Assembly (NCBI GenBank): GCA_050084515.1
Contig: CM114271.1
Coordinates: forward strand, 43,276,001 to 43,340,000
Reading direction: 5' to 3'
Length of the DNA: 64,000 bases
From: Blasia pusilla
Lineage: Eukaryota
Positions 1-14,017 of the stretch are shown here, piece after piece. Each line of letters begins with the position of its first letter. Within the stretch, counting starts at the first letter, position 1. The translations under genes and the position numbers were made by a program. The notes under the pieces were generated by a model. The model was given only the letters and a program-made list of their open reading frames with translations, had not been told where the DNA came from and did not search any database.

Positions 1-6
1 TCAGAG

Positions 7-2840
7 ATGGAATTGGATTCTCCATCTACTTGCTTATCTGGTTTTACACGCCCTCCTACAGCCGTAACCTCTCCCTCTGCTTCACCTCTTCATCGTAGAT
101 CTCGCCATTTTCCTCCAAATGCTAATACACCCATTACACTCGCTACATTTCTTACGGATTCTCCTCTTCTCCCTTCTTTGCCTTGTCCTATTGAGCCTAA
201 TCTTGATCCATTATTATCAAATCTTTCAACTTTTCCATCCCCACATATCTCATCTATGCCCTTGCTTCCAACTCCCATCTATTCTATCCGAATCTCCCCT
301 CTTCCTCCTCCTCCTTCCCCAACCTACTTACCCCTCGTCGGCCATCACTACCTCTTGCACCTCCCACCTCCTCCCCTTGTAATCCTTCTACTTCTCCATT
401 TGTACCAAAGGTTCATTGCATACCTTGTGGTAAGGAGTTTGCTCCTAATGGGATCAAAAGACATCAGCGATATTGTCGATCCATGCATGGGCCTTCAATC
501 CCTCACCCGATACCACCTCCTACTGCACTCCTGACAACAATTGCTTGGACTTGGTTAATCCAAATTGATCTCCTTCGCTCTTTCCATCCAAGTCTTCCTC
601 GTCCTAGACTCTACACTCTCATTCCTATTGCTCTTTGCCCCATCACCCAACAAACTTTGCTTTTCCCATTAGAAAGGTTAGCGCGAGACCCCACAGATAT
701 CAATGCTTGGTATCTCCTATTACTCTGCCCACAATAGGTTTTAGTCCTCCCTCCAAGGGGTGGTGCAACGGGTCATTGTGAAACCTCAACACGTATTCAA
801 CGCTTAATGTCTGGGGATTGGGAGAACCTTCAGAATGAGCATGTACTTCGAGCAGAGGCCTTAGCTGCGGCTCATCCCACTCAACATGCCAATCATGGGA
901 GGCCTTCAATACAACAACGCCTTCGACGAAGTCTACTGTTGGGGCACGTTGGTGAGTTTTCACGTGCAACTCGAGCATTGGGTCCTCTTTCTTCGGCGGT
1001 TCAAAGTGTGAAAACAATGGCTCTCTTACAAGCTCTTCATCCTCCTTCAAGTGGCAATGCTCCACCTTTTGTGGAAGACTATACAACGGACCTTGACTTG
1101 GAGCTTGACTTGGAGGTTTTCACTAGGGCTTTTCTCCATGCTCTTCGCTTATCAGCAAGTGGGCTATGAAGGATGGTTTTTGACCATCTCCGCGATTGCT
1201 TTATCCTAGAAAATTCAGCAAGTGGCTTTGTCTCTCTATATAAGGTGTGTGCACATATGGCGACAGGTCGTCTCCCATTCTCTATCTCTAGGCTCTTGGG
1301 GGCTTGTCGTTTGTTGGCTATGGATAAGCCTCCTTCAGGTGTGCACCCTTTGGCTATTGGAGAGGTTTTATACCGCTTGGTTAGAAGATCCCTATGCTTG
1401 CAATTTCGTCCTTATTTTAGTGCCCACTTATTTCCTGATCAATTTGGAGTGGCAACTCTTGGAGGTTGTGAGGCTGTAGTGCATGTGATTCGCTCCACTC
1501 TTGATATTCATCCAGATTGGGTAGCAATTCAAGTCGATGTGGCTAACGCATTCAATTCAGTTTCTCATGCGGCCATCTTTGAGGAGTTACGTTGTGTAGG
1601 AGGACAACTCGCGAGCCTCATTCCATATGTTCGCTCCTTCTATGCCTATGATACGCCCATTATCTATTTCCATCATGCTACTTCTGGGGAATATAGTATT
1701 CTACAATTGGCTTGTGGCACACGTCAAGGTGATCCCATGGGTGGCCCACTCTTTGCGTAAGAATTTCCATCTTGTATTTTCCCTTCTATTGCTGATGACA
1801 CTCACATTATAGGTCCTCCTTTCGAAGTGGTTCTTGCTTATACCCATTTCGTGGAGCAACTCTCTTTCTTAAACCTTAAAGTCCAGCCTAATAAATGTGG
1901 AGTATGGTCTCGTTCATGCCTTCCCTCAACATTCACACCCCCCCTACTCTTGATTTTTCCATCTACATTGAAGGGGTTATAGTTCTTGGGGTCCCAATTG
2001 GCTTATTGACTATGTCTCAAAGTTCTTGGATGAAACCCTTTTGAAAGACATGGAATGGCTTCATTTGTTACCTCATCTAGAGGATCCCCAAATGGCTTAT
2101 GGGATTCTCTCCCACTGTTTTCTACGACGTCCTTCCTACCTTCTTCGCACTTGTCCTCCCACTTCAAGATACACCGTTTGGCCACCTAAACCCATGTCCT
2201 ACCTTCAACCACACAAGCAACCTCTCGTCGGAGAGTGGATCTTGTTATGTCTCGAGGTGGATTCCGGACACTATGTGATGTGGTGGTTGCTGATCCAACA
2301 CGTTCTGACTTGGTGTGTCGAGCCGCACATACCAAAGGATTGGCGGCTGAAGCTGCAGCAAGAATCAAGGAGTTAATTTATGTTGTGAGACATGCGACTG
2401 ATGGATTTATTCCTTTTGCAGTGGAAGTATTCGATCATTTACATGTGTCTTTTGATACTTTCCTGAAAACATGTGCTCACCACTCCCTCGAGAATCATCA
2501 CCTTGCCCCTTCCCGTAGTCCTTCTCTCTCGGTAGTTACTACTTATTTTCGGCAATGCATCTCAGTGGCCTTACAACGTGCACAAGCCTTAGCATTGATA
2601 CGTCGTGCGGAGGTGGTGGGGGATTGCTCGCCTCGTCATCCATTCACGTTTGACCAACCACTCGTATTCTTGTCATATTTGTTTCAGACTATCAATCGTG
2701 TAGCTTGTTGAGCCGGTGTTTGCGTTGGCTTGTTGCCATTTTCTTTTTTGCATTCTTTTATGCATTTTTTTATTCCTCTTTTGAATTGTTATTACCTTTC
2801 TTTGTCCTCTTTTGAGGTTTATTTTATAATAAAGTGGATA
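7..2840 (+). mobile_element. Degenerate CRE-clade non-LTR retrotransposon (zinc finger, RT, C-terminal restriction-like endonuclease)
   Basis: CxxC..H..C finger (HCIPCGKEFAPNGIKRHQRYC, ~411-477); RT motifs PLAIGEVLYRL, QFGVA, DVANAFNSVS, QGDPMGGPLFA, IADD (~1790); RLE-type tail RVDLV..DVVVADP..AAEAAARIKELIY..FIPFAVEVF (2235-2711). Contains stops, frameshifts and internal deletions; T-rich 3' UTR with AATAAA at ~2830. Confidence 0.85.
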
Positions 2841-5800
2841 CATTTTAGTACTAGCTGAAGTTGAAACACGTTTAAAGCCCATCTCCTAATCATTTATAGA
2901 AGTGGAAAATTATTTTAACTATATTAATCAACGTCTACATTACTAAGAAAGGAAACCTTTCTTTTTTTCGTATTAGTAAGTCCACTTATGTTCTCCACCC
3001 CTCTAACTTAGCGCTCTCTAACTTATGTTCTCCACGCGGTGGTCTCTAGCTCCGTTTTCCGCGCCAGTCCCTTCTTCAAGCCTTGTTAGTACATCTTGGA
3101 TTTTGTTTTTAAAGTTGCCTCCGGAAAACCGCCTAAATTTTTTTAACCTCTTTGTAGAACGTATTTGAAACCGGGATTACCCTTTCCGATGGGAACCGAT
3201 CGGAATGTATCACGGGAAAACTCCCCCGAACCCTGATGCTAACCCCACGACGAATGAATTATCGTGAGCTCACAAAAGCCAATCAAAGGAATCTTTCATA
3301 GAATATTCTACAGGATGCCCTCGTCGAGAACACCTTCTCAGAGGATTTATTAATCGTTTCCGGCATACATTCAGGAAAGAACTATTCCCTTGGAAGTACA
3401 TGACCTCGAAAGAGGATATATATACGTCCTGACAAAATTCAAAAATAAAATTTATTAGCTATTATTAATTAGGGAAAAATAATAATATGTGGCAATAAAT
3501 ATTCTGGTCTTACTTTTGAGCATACATTTAATTAATTAATCAATCAACCTATCGACATTACGCATTCCCAATGATTACATACATACCCACATTTCCATGA
3601 GTCCGAGCAAGTTGTGGGGCCCACTGTCACCCGATGAAGCCCGTAGCGTTTTCTCCGTGACTCTCCAAACTATAAATGTTGGTGTCAGTTTTTCTGAAGT
3701 TGTGTTCGTTTGAGCTTTGAGGTTTGTATATTTAACTTACCTTTATCCATTTTGGAAAATGATGTGAATTCTTGTCGTGTACAGGCACTCTATCTTGAAG
3801 AAAGTCACAAATGGTCAGACGATGAAACCGGCGTCTATTCCGGAATTTTAGATCCTGCTGTCGTTGCACGGGATGGGGAACGTGCCCGGATCCATAGCTT
3901 TCCAATCTCCAAGTTTCTGTTGCATATCAGACCACGAAGTTCCACGACTTGCAACGATTTTGGCTTTAGAGTGCAAACCTGGGCTCCCTGACAGGCGAGA
4001 GACAGCTGTGAAGTTCTAGTGCTACATTCCGGAAACGTCGGGAAATTCCTACTTTGGAGTCTCTCCCCAGCACACGATGCTTCATGATCATGTGCTTAGA
4101 GAAGCATATACTTTCGAAAATAGACGCTGAGAGGACTTATTGTTTCAGTAGTCGCCTTTCAGTTTGCTCCGGTCATGACCTTTCAATCTGTGGACGAAAC
4201 CGCAAAGTTGGGATGTTAGGCGGATACTCGGCCTCTGCTACTGTAAGACGAGAGGAACAGTAGTGTCAAGAGGGAACACAATTGAGATCAGACGCCACAC
4301 CAGCGGAGCGGTATACGAGGGTGTAAAGCCATGCGGCGCAAGAGTTGCTAATTGGAGAAACGTCCTGCCATATGGAACGGTCGATACACATCGAACCCAT
4401 GGACCGGTACGATTGTGTGCATGCCACTGTGAAGCGAAGCGCTTTTGATGAAAAATGTGCCTCCGTTTGGCACCGAGATATGCGGTCCTGTCTTGCACAA
4501 CTTCCTCCATAAAGAAGCTTATGAAACCAGCCGAATTTGTGTACGATCTCTGTACTTCGTGAGAACACTTCCACAAATAAGGCACGAGAGTGTTGTGTTG
4601 AAGAGCCATTGGTTTTTCCACGAAATTTGAGAAAGAATTTCTTCAAGCTTAGTAGGATTTACAGCATGATCTGGAATCGGCGCGCTCTATGGGTGATGGA
4701 ATTGGTATTGATCGATCGCCCTCATGTCCTCCTGGATCGAATATGAGAAGGTGACGTAGCGAGCTTTATGTAACTGTTTCCGATGTCTTATGATTGACAT
4801 GGGTGTTGCACGTTCAGACATCTCCAAGCAGTTACACATACTCCCTGGCAAATACCAAACATCACGTGCACTTGAAACAGGCTCATGAAATCTGGCCACA
4901 CCATTTCACAATTCGTAGTGAGTAGCTTCGAAAGTAATGGATCCGAAAGGCCTCACACTGTTCTCCCACTCCTGAGCGTCCGTGAGGATCGTCCTCGGTG
5001 TGTCGGGGAGCGTATGTATCCATGTTCAGAACGCACGATGGATGTCTTCGGTGCAACATCACCTCGAGATGATATTCGGGTTTAGCGGCTTTAGGATCCC
5101 AGGGTGTTTCCCTCGTGTGGACATCTGGAGTGAGAGAATGACAGTCAAGCGTTATCGATGCTGTAAGCCGCAGCGAAAGAAAGTCTTCGTTAGAAGCCTG
5201 TTTCCAGGCAGAGATTTACGCACAATTCTTTCCTGATTATGAATCCTCACTCCTCACTCCACCACAAGAATGGTGGAGTCTCTACTGTAACGACCGCGGC
5301 GCATGGATGCCCAAGCCAGAAACCTTCTACTTCAAAAATGCTCTAGTCTCATATAGTGAACCCATTCGATCAGAGCTCCATTCGCATCTCCGCTTGAAAG
5401 CACAGCGCCAAAATCCAGTCGCGTAAACTCTGCAGAGGAAGAAGCATCTTCGTACTCCGTCACCTCAACAATCAGCGCCAGACCAGTAAGTGTGAGCAAC
5501 GACTCCGTCACCTCTTGGCCGCATTAAGCTCTCGCGTCCCATCACACCGTCAGTAGATCTGATTCTGGTCTCGATGTCAATCATGCTTGCATCTGGATGT
5601 CTCACAAACACACAGAAAGCCAATCCAGGAACCAAACACAATCCGCCATTTTCAGGTTCCTGAGCACCGGATCGTCCCTCCTTCACATGTTTAGTCTCGA
5701 GAATTCGATGTCCCTTCAAATCATCCTAAACTAATAAATCTTATTTTGGTTTGCATCGTCATCCGCTTAAACTAATCAATTATTTGGCACCTTCATGCGT

Positions 5801-6799
5801 TCAAGCCATTTTTTTACTAATCGTGCTATACTGTAATTAATATATTATTATATTGCTTAGCAAGTGATATTTAAATAAATAAAAGAGGAAACGTAGGAAA
5901 AGTTCACAAATGAGGGGAAGGGGGGATAAACAATAGAGACTAATTTCTTTTAAATCACAAGAAATGTTTTAAGGGTTCGAGTTTCAGAACACGAGGGAGA
6001 GAAAGAAGGATGGTTGCTTTATGGAACAATTGCAACTTCCAAGTTCGTGTTCCGGTCACTTGTTTCTTTCACGGTCAATTCGTAGTTTAGACGAGGGTTT
6101 CACACAATTTTTGCCACCATAGGCACTCGTTACTCAGCCTAGTCTAACTTCGAGGTTGGGACCATGGCGAACCAATGTTCCCCCTATTTGTAGCGATCCC
6201 ACGAAATTTCATCAATGGTGAAAATGTGGAAATGTCCAACCAATGCATGCACAAGTAGTAGCGACATTTGTTAGTGAAAGTCATGGAGTGCCTTCACCTT
6301 GTGAATAACGCGCACTTATGCCCAGCAAGGACTTCGACACGATAGCAAAGGTGTCTTTTTGGCTACTTAGCTCACGCGATTCATAGATTTGATGTTTGTG
6401 TGCCACCACCTACACCACTATGAGAAACCGTTTCACCTTAGAAAGGACATTGTCAAATATATAATCAAAAGACATATAATTAAAAGAGGATGGGTTTAGA
6501 CTTTCCTTCCTAGTTTTTGCCCTCTTCTTCTTGTAACACGTTTTATAATCAACAAAATAATCAAAATAACACTCCATAGACTTGAGAAATGTATTTTCCT
6601 TCACAACAATTTTCATCCATTATGCATTATGCTAGTCACTCGTATAACCAAGCCAAACTGATAAAGCATCCTACAAAGTTGTTTGTTATTTATGGAGTTC
6701 GGTACAGATGAAGTACGGGTAAGACTATAGTGGAAAAATGATGCGGATGAGTATACCTATGTCACAAGCATATTTTCAATGCTCTAATTTGTCCCAAGG

Positions 6800-7100
6800 A
6801 AAATGAACCACCATGTGACAATGGACAATTGTTGCAATAGTGTGGAATGTTTCATGTCTCCATTAACCTTTATGTTTTTACATAAAGATGGATGGCCAAT
6901 GGCACTATGCAATAAGCCTATCCATGTTGAGAGAGGCTCACTACTTTGGCAAGTGCATGTAGAGCACCGCATTCTAGTGTCCTTATGGATAGATTATCAC
7001 ATGCTGGGTCTTCTAACTACATATGTTGTGTATGTCCCAAAAACCATTTCGGTTATGAGACGGAAGAGTAAGTTAGGGATAAATTGCTTTAGCAACTAGT
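6800..7100 (+). pseudogene. Possible piggyBac-like transposase fragment
   Basis: HHVTMDNCCNSVECF...GWPMAL...VERGSLLW...LWIDYHMLGLLTT resembles the piggyBac 'hh..DN.f.S...RG...W.D...V..LST' block. No TTAA or TIR ends identified. Confidence 0.35.
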
Positions 7101-7614
7101 CCAAAGCCATTAGAGTATCAATAGTACCAGAGCATTTGTCAAGACCAACCGAGAGACGTAGAGGCATGAGTCTAGATGGGTGGTTAACCATAAGATGCTC
7201 AGAATGCAAGGCAAGAGGCCAAGTTGATCTTGGGAAGTAAATATGGGAGGAAACAACCATAAAACTCACATAAGTCATCTTGGGGTCCAACTGGCCAAAT
7301 TGAGAGTTGGGAGTCCTAATCCATATTTGGGTTGAGGGTCAAAATAAGTGGTTCACGACATATATTGAGGATGGAGAGGGGGCACCAAAAAGCCCAAAAG
7401 TTCCCAAAGAGGAGATACTCTCCCACTCTACGTGCTCATTACAATCACTTGAAATAAGAATTTGACCATGTTTTGTGTTTGGTCATGTTTCAAATTTTCA
7501 ATTAGGATTCTATTTGGGAAATTGGGACACACCTTGAAGATAGACGCTACACTCTAGCTTGGATAAGTGACAAAAGGAAATAGGTCAAAGCTCAAGGACA
7601 AGACTCCTTATGAG

Positions 7615-7919
7615 CAAGGTTGCATGTGGACAAAATCCGTGTCCGTAGACATGTCCATGTCTGTAGACTTATGTCCGTCCTATGGGAGGACTTATCTATA
7701 TGGGTCCCACCTTTCCCTTCTTTCTCATTCCCCTTACTTGCCTTCGTGTTCCATCCCCCATTTCTTCCTCCCTCCACCTCCACTCCCTCCTCCCTCATTG
7801 CTCCTCTCATCCTTGCCTTGCCTTCCATCATGGACTAAAAGTGTGGATCCCACCTCTTGGAACCCATGTCCAGACTTGTCCGTCCTAAGGAAGGACTTGT
7901 CCGTTTTTGTGCAACCATG
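7615..7919. mobile_element. Non-autonomous hAT-type MITE (305 bp)
   Basis: TIRs caaggttgca / tgcaaccatg; perfect 8-bp TSD cttatgag (7607-7614, 7920-7927); subterminal tgtcc repeats. Confidence 0.9.
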
Positions 7920-8039
7920 CTTATGAGTATGGAAGATATGCCCTTTCTATCACCCGACACTTGAGAGGCACGACTACTTCTCCAACTCTACCTTCCTAGA
8001 GATACATATGAATCAACACACACAAAACTAGGCCAACAC

Positions 8040-9711
8040 ATTCAATTATTGAGTCCAACAGAGACAGTAGGTACCGAAATATTTCCAATTAAACTTGTCT
8101 CTTACCATCAAAATGTGTTCAATAGTGCAGTTTAACAAGGATGCCCACCAAAATAGAAAATGAATATAATCCATCCACTCTTTAAGGTTGGGATTCTATC
8201 ATACCATCCAATTACATATTGAATTGACATGGTGACTTCTATCATGGCTTAGTTATATGGGCTACTATTGGAAATAAAACTAAACTAAGTGAATGGGCTG
8301 ATGAAATAAAGCTGCAAGCTAGAGGACAAGCAAGTTTCAAGATATCATATAGCACCTTGGATCACCTTCTCACACTTTAAGTATTGATTGAAGAAAATTC
8401 CAAGTACATAATTGGTCATAAGCCAAGAAAATGGTTCATATGTATTTCTTATGTCAAGAAGGAATTCAACACAATATCCAAGGTACTTCTCTAAAAACAA
8501 CTTGAAGACTTGGAGGCTCCAACATAGTAGCTTACTGCAATCAAAGTATTGTATGCTAGCGTGTTAGCAAAGATTTCCACTATGAAGGGGTTTGAAGGGA
8601 AGATCTTAAACTCTCTCCTCAAACACTAAAGTCAAACAAGGATGTCCCTCTCACGTATATGATTTAGACTCTACTTTGACCAACTAGAGGAGTTGCTCTC
8701 TATAGTGAATGGAGATCCACCGGAGCTAGCACGTTGCATCATCCCAGTTTTTTTGTATGTGAATGATATTTTTTTGATGTTTAAAACAACACACGGAATC
8801 TCACTAGCTACTTGAATGTACTCTCAATCTTCTGCAACAAGTCGGGCATGGTAGTTAACCTTCCCAAAATCATCTTCAAATCCTAGCTTAAAACTACACA
8901 AAGGTCCCGCACTTACCTAATTGATGGAGAAATACTGGAAGCCACATCAAAATTAATGTAGGATTGAGGAGTTAACACATGCTCCAATCTAATTGCAAAA
9001 GGATGGAACTATGAAATATCCCAAAAAAACTCCATCTCTTCAAAGCTATTGTCATCCCAACCAAGCTTTATGCGACTAGGGTTGGGCATGGCCCTAAGGT
9101 CTAGAGGCCCCTCAAAAGCTCTTCAGACAAAAAATCTTGGGCATTAGAAGAACCACTTCCCACAACAAACTACTAGTTGAGTTTGGTGAGGTTCTAAATT
9201 ATGGAGATTCACGTTGTTGAAAAATTAACAATATTCCTCCAACACCTTCAAATAGTAGTGAGGACAATTCCAATCGCCTTTCACCTAGAGCTTTTGGAAG
9301 TCTTTAAGATAAGTGACCCACCGGAGCAAAAAATTGGTACCAGGATTGCGAGGAATTAATGGCTTATGAAATGGGGTGTTTCAATCAATTGCCAACAACC
9401 ACCAACCAAGATTTCTCAATGCAACTACATCAAGCGGTAGATGACCAAGATGTCTCCACAAGCCCTCTCCTTGGTGACTTATCCACACAAGTCAACTCCT
9501 TTAACCTAAATCTACAATAGCATGACAAAAATCACTTTCAAAAAATAGAAAGAAAACTCTTCATAAATAGGGACTTTACTTGAAGTTGTATGATCCTCAA
9601 GTATCCTCTAAGTCAGCCCAAACCAAGGGGAAACATACACTTGTATGCTACCCTACTCCTCAACATGTCAACTTTCACCTCGTGGACTTCCTTGTTTAAC
9701 TCCCTTGAAGT
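8040..9711 (+). mobile_element. Highly degenerate LINE (RTE-like) reverse transcriptase remnant; host site of the copia insertion
   Basis: Fragments IIHPLFK, QARGQASFK..STLDHLLTL, VKQGCP, LYFDQLEELL, FLYVNDI (YADD-like) and FCNKSGMVVNLPK, with many stops and frameshifts. Boundaries approximate. Confidence 0.7.
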
Positions 9712-9957
9712 TGTTAGAAAGTTATCACCGAAATGTTAGGAGTAGTGACAACAACAAGTCAAGTTCAATTCCTATTAGTGAATGTATAGTGGAAGGCATT
9801 TGCACTGTCTTTCTATATCTATATATTGAATATATTGTACATAGCATGTAACGGACCAGGAGTGATGAGCTTGACACTCACTCATTTCATATCCGAAATA
9901 TGTCTCTCTTGCTTCTCACCTTGTCTCTATGATTTTTGAATCCTTGTTTTTACAACA
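9712..9957 (+). repeat. Copia 5' LTR
   Basis: tgttagaaag...ttttacaaca; homologous to 30336-30604. Confidence 0.92.
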
Positions 9958-9969
9958 TGGTATCAGAGC
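9958..9969 (+). promoter_or_regulatory. Primer binding site (tRNA-iMet)
   Basis: tggtatcagagc immediately after the LTR. Confidence 0.95.
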
Positions 9970-11517
9970 AAGCTTATGCACAGATGTGAGAGTGCCTCTA
10001 TAGATAGAAGAGCATCTGCGGGATCTAAGAGAATCTAGTGAGCATCAAACTTGCATCCAGCTTGAATACAATGTAGCAATTGATTACTGTTGCAAGAAAT
10101 AAATTCAAGAAACTTTCGTTGCTTCTTGAGGTATTCTCGATTAAGGTTGATGGAGGAAAATCAAGTCAAGACCTCATCTCAATTATAGAATTGGGGTTTA
10201 AATCTGCCCTCGTGCCTCGAATTAATTGAACCCAATTTTCTCAAAGTACGTGAATTTGAGATATTTCATTTCAAAACCAAAAGACGTGTACTAAATTGAA
10301 AACTAGAGAATAATCCAAGAGATAATTTACGGCCACAAATTTGGGAGAAATTTCTGATCTACATAGAAGAAAACAATCACAAACTTACATTATAGATGGC
10401 CCAACTTCGTCCTATTGATGTACTCAAGTTCAATGGAACTTACATCTACGTGTGGAAACAACGCATGCAAATATACTTATGCTCCGAGGGATATCTTGAC
10501 ATGGCTGACTTATGAGAAGTATGCCTCTCAATTAGAATTGTTGAATATCTTTGGCACTATATGTGGGGAGAAACAAAAAGAAAAACTATGGATTCAAGGC
10601 TTCACCTTCAAACTCACCTCAACCGAGAATATCCTGCAACGTCAAGTGTTATGACTATAATTAATTCACGCACATTCTCAAAAAAATTCCGAGGAGGTTG
10701 AAAAAGCAACAACAGACTAACTCAGCAATACATAGACTTTATATTACAGCGTTAACTACATCCACACTTCCAAATCATGTATGGTATGTTAATACTTATG
10801 CTACTCAACATATGACACGCGATGTAGAAACATTCATAGATTACAAACCAATTAACCAGATTATATCCGCTAAGGAGCAAAATATATGTATTCATTGGAG
10901 ACAACACGACTAAACCTATCATAGGTTGTGGGTCAGTTTATCTCACACTTTTAAATGGATCAAGATGGTTAATCCCTGAAGTATTACATGCACTTGGACT
11001 CATGAAGAATCTATTTCAATTGAGCAATGTGACTCTACAGGGATGAATTGATCATTCGCAATCACACGTGTATATTGAAAGATGCTTTGATTGCGACATG
11101 TATTTCAAAGGACATACTGTATGTCCTTGGCCATTCAACAAAAAATAAAACTAGCTATAATAAAAGAGGCCAATTTGTTGGGATTACACAAGCTTTGTCA
11201 ACTTCGATAGGGCAGGTTGTCGTATGACATGAAAGGCTTGGCCATATAACCCAAGCGAGACTGAAATTTCTTATCAAAACTAGCAAGGTGAAGGGTTTAA
11301 AGGTTACAGGTTTTTTATCACCTACCAACTTGTCCCATCTGTTTTTCCATCTTTAGTTGGAAATAAGTAAAGGAGAAATTTCCAACTAATGATGGAAAAA
11401 AAGCCACTAGTATTCTTGGCTTAGTGCATTCAGATGTTTGTGGTCCATTAAGTATTCACCAAAAGTGGTTTTGAGTATTTTTTGACTTTTATAGATGATT
11501 ATTCCAAATGCACTTTT

Positions 11518-11946
11518 TGTGAGAAAACCGAAAGTGACGAAATCAGTAAAATCTTTTCAAAACTTAAAGATACAAAGTGGCCTAGTCCGTCCGTGCGCTC
11601 ACAGAAGAGCTTCCATGGAACCTGAACATGGAGATAACTTGACATTTGAGAAAGCGCTACCGTTGCGGCTCCCGACTATTTCATTACTCGGGAAACTAGG
11701 GTTTTTACCTATTTTTCTTCGTTTCTATTAATAGAAAAAATTTGCTCTATATTGCATCAAGGTGCCCTGCACCTTGATGCAATATAGGGTTAGATAATCC
11801 TAATAACGCTACTCTGAAACCATCTACATCATATTACTATGACTCCTTTGACGTCTAAGTCAGAACCATCAATCTAGGCTTCTCCTCACACAAGGGGGCC
11901 GATCAGATTAATGGTGCTCAGAGAAGTGGATGTTGAGAATCCAACA
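11518..11946. mobile_element. Solo LTR inserted in the copia integrase
   Basis: TG...CA ends (tgtgag...ccaaca) and 5-bp TSD ctttt. Removing it restores DDYSKCTFVYLL. Confidence 0.88.
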
Positions 11947-13916
11947 CTTTTGTGTACCTCTTAAATCACAAATAAAAAACGTTCACAAAATTCCAATTGT
12001 ACAAAATTTTTACTGAGAAACAAACATAAAGTAAAGTAAAGATCTTAAGATCAGACAATGGTGGAGAGTTAAAATCCACATACTTTAAGTTATTTTGCCA
12101 AGAACGTGGCATACATAGACAATTTACTATACCTCACACTCCACAACACAATGGAGTAGCTGGAAGGAAGAATCGTAGTTTACTAACTATTGTAAGAGCT
12201 ATGCTACAAGGATCATGTCTTGCTAAGACTTATTCGGGAGAAGCGTTGCTCATTGCCAACTATTTACAAAATAGATTTCCTAATAAGGCACTTGAAGATG
12301 ACTTAACCCCATATGAGGTAAGGCATGGACATTCACCTAATCTCTCTCATCTTCAAGTGTTTGGTTGTACAGTGTATGAATAGATTCCTACTCACTTGAG
12401 GAAGAAGATCAACTCCAAGTCTATAGAGTGTATCTTCCTGGGTTATAATGAATCAATGAAAGGATACATATTGGAGAATAAATCAGATAGATCTATAATT
12501 GTATCCCGAGATGTTAAGTTCCAAGCTAGAGAGAGTCCAAAACCAGAAAATTTTCAGATGCAAGAACCAAAAGAATGTCAAGAGACACTTGATCTAGCTG
12601 GATTGATAGTTTTTCTAGTCATGGGTGGCTATGAACTAGTGGGATCTCCCACAAAAACCCCTATTATAACCACACCAAAGAAAGTAGTAGTATTGCCTTC
12701 ACAACTCAGTACTCTTACTAATGTCCCTTGCCAAGTTTCTTCTAATCCTTCTCTACAAACTCTTGATACTTTCCAATTACTATACCGACCAAGAGTCACA
12801 CCAAGTAAAATTAAGAATATTGTGAATGACCTTTGAGAGTCAGTGAGCCCAATTCATAAATCATGTGAAGTACACGCTCTTATAAGAAGTGAAGGGATTC
12901 AAAAGAAGCCGCAGAAGTTTGACCCTAGTCCTTAAGAGAAGCAGTCACGAATGGAGAAGAAAATAGAAGGCAAAGATAGTTTGGCTCATGCTCTTATGAG
13001 TCAAATGAATGAGCAAACCAGAATTGAAGAAAAAAAACCATTGATGAGGCTTTCAATAGCCCACAATGCATCCATTTGCAAAGAGCGATTGAAGAGGAAA
13101 TGGAGTCTATGAAAAACAAAATTGGATTGTCACAACACTTCCAAATGAAAGGGAGCATGTAAGATGCAAGTGGATATTCAAGCTTAAGTAGATTATTAAT
13201 GGGAGCATTGAAAGGTATAGGGGGAGATAAGTGGCAAAAGAGTGTTCTCGCATTTATGGAATTGATTATGCTGAAACATTCTCGCCTATGGTTAAGACTA
13301 TATTGATTCGGGTAATGCTTGCTTTAGCTGCACAATTTGATCTTGAGATACATCAATCGAATATGAAAATGGCATTCTTGAATGGTGAACTTGAAGAGGA
13401 ATTATACATGGAGATGCCTAAAGGGGTAAGTGACTCTTACCAACTTGATCAAGTGTGCAAGCTAAACAAAGCCATTTTTTACTTGAAGTAGTCGTCAAGA
13501 TTGTGATACAAAAGGATGACTCTTTCTTGCTAAGGATTAATTTCAAGAAAATTGTTTCTGATTCAAATTTTTACATTCTTAAACTTCAGAAAGACTATTT
13601 ATGCTTGGCCTTATATGAAAATGATACAATCTTGCTTGGAAACTCTACTAAGCTATTGAACTCTGTGAGGGAATCATTAAAGCAAGAATTCAAGAAGACA
13701 GACCTTGGAGAGATCCATAACTTCCTACACATCGAGGTTACGCAGAATAGAGAGGAAAGATGGATTAAACTTTCCCAAGAAAGATAAATTCTTAGAATTC
13801 TAGAAAGATTTAATAGGTCTGATAGTAAACCACTTTTGAATCCTATCAAATCAGGCCAAAGGTTGATTGAAAAGGACTCTCCAAAAACTCTAATTGAAGG
13901 ATATTCCTTATAAAAG

Positions 13917-14017
13917 AATAGAAACTTTAATAGAAACTTGGATGGAAAACCCATCGAGATATAAAGGAGGGGGGGCATAGAGAGCCAAAAAACCCGAGGG
14001 CCAAAACCGGCTGTCCT
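13917..14017 (-). mobile_element. 101-bp 5'-truncated retroposon (LINE/SINE 3' stub) in the copia RT
   Basis: 13-bp direct repeat ttccttataaaag at 13904-13916 and 14018-14030. Removal restores copia DIPYKRA..AMVCT. The tail carries a repeated aagtttctatt unit. Confidence 0.7.

Noticed and set aside
5055-5105. RecQ-like 'LEMIFGFSGFR' motif
   Set aside because: No downstream Walker A or helicase motifs; probably coincidence.
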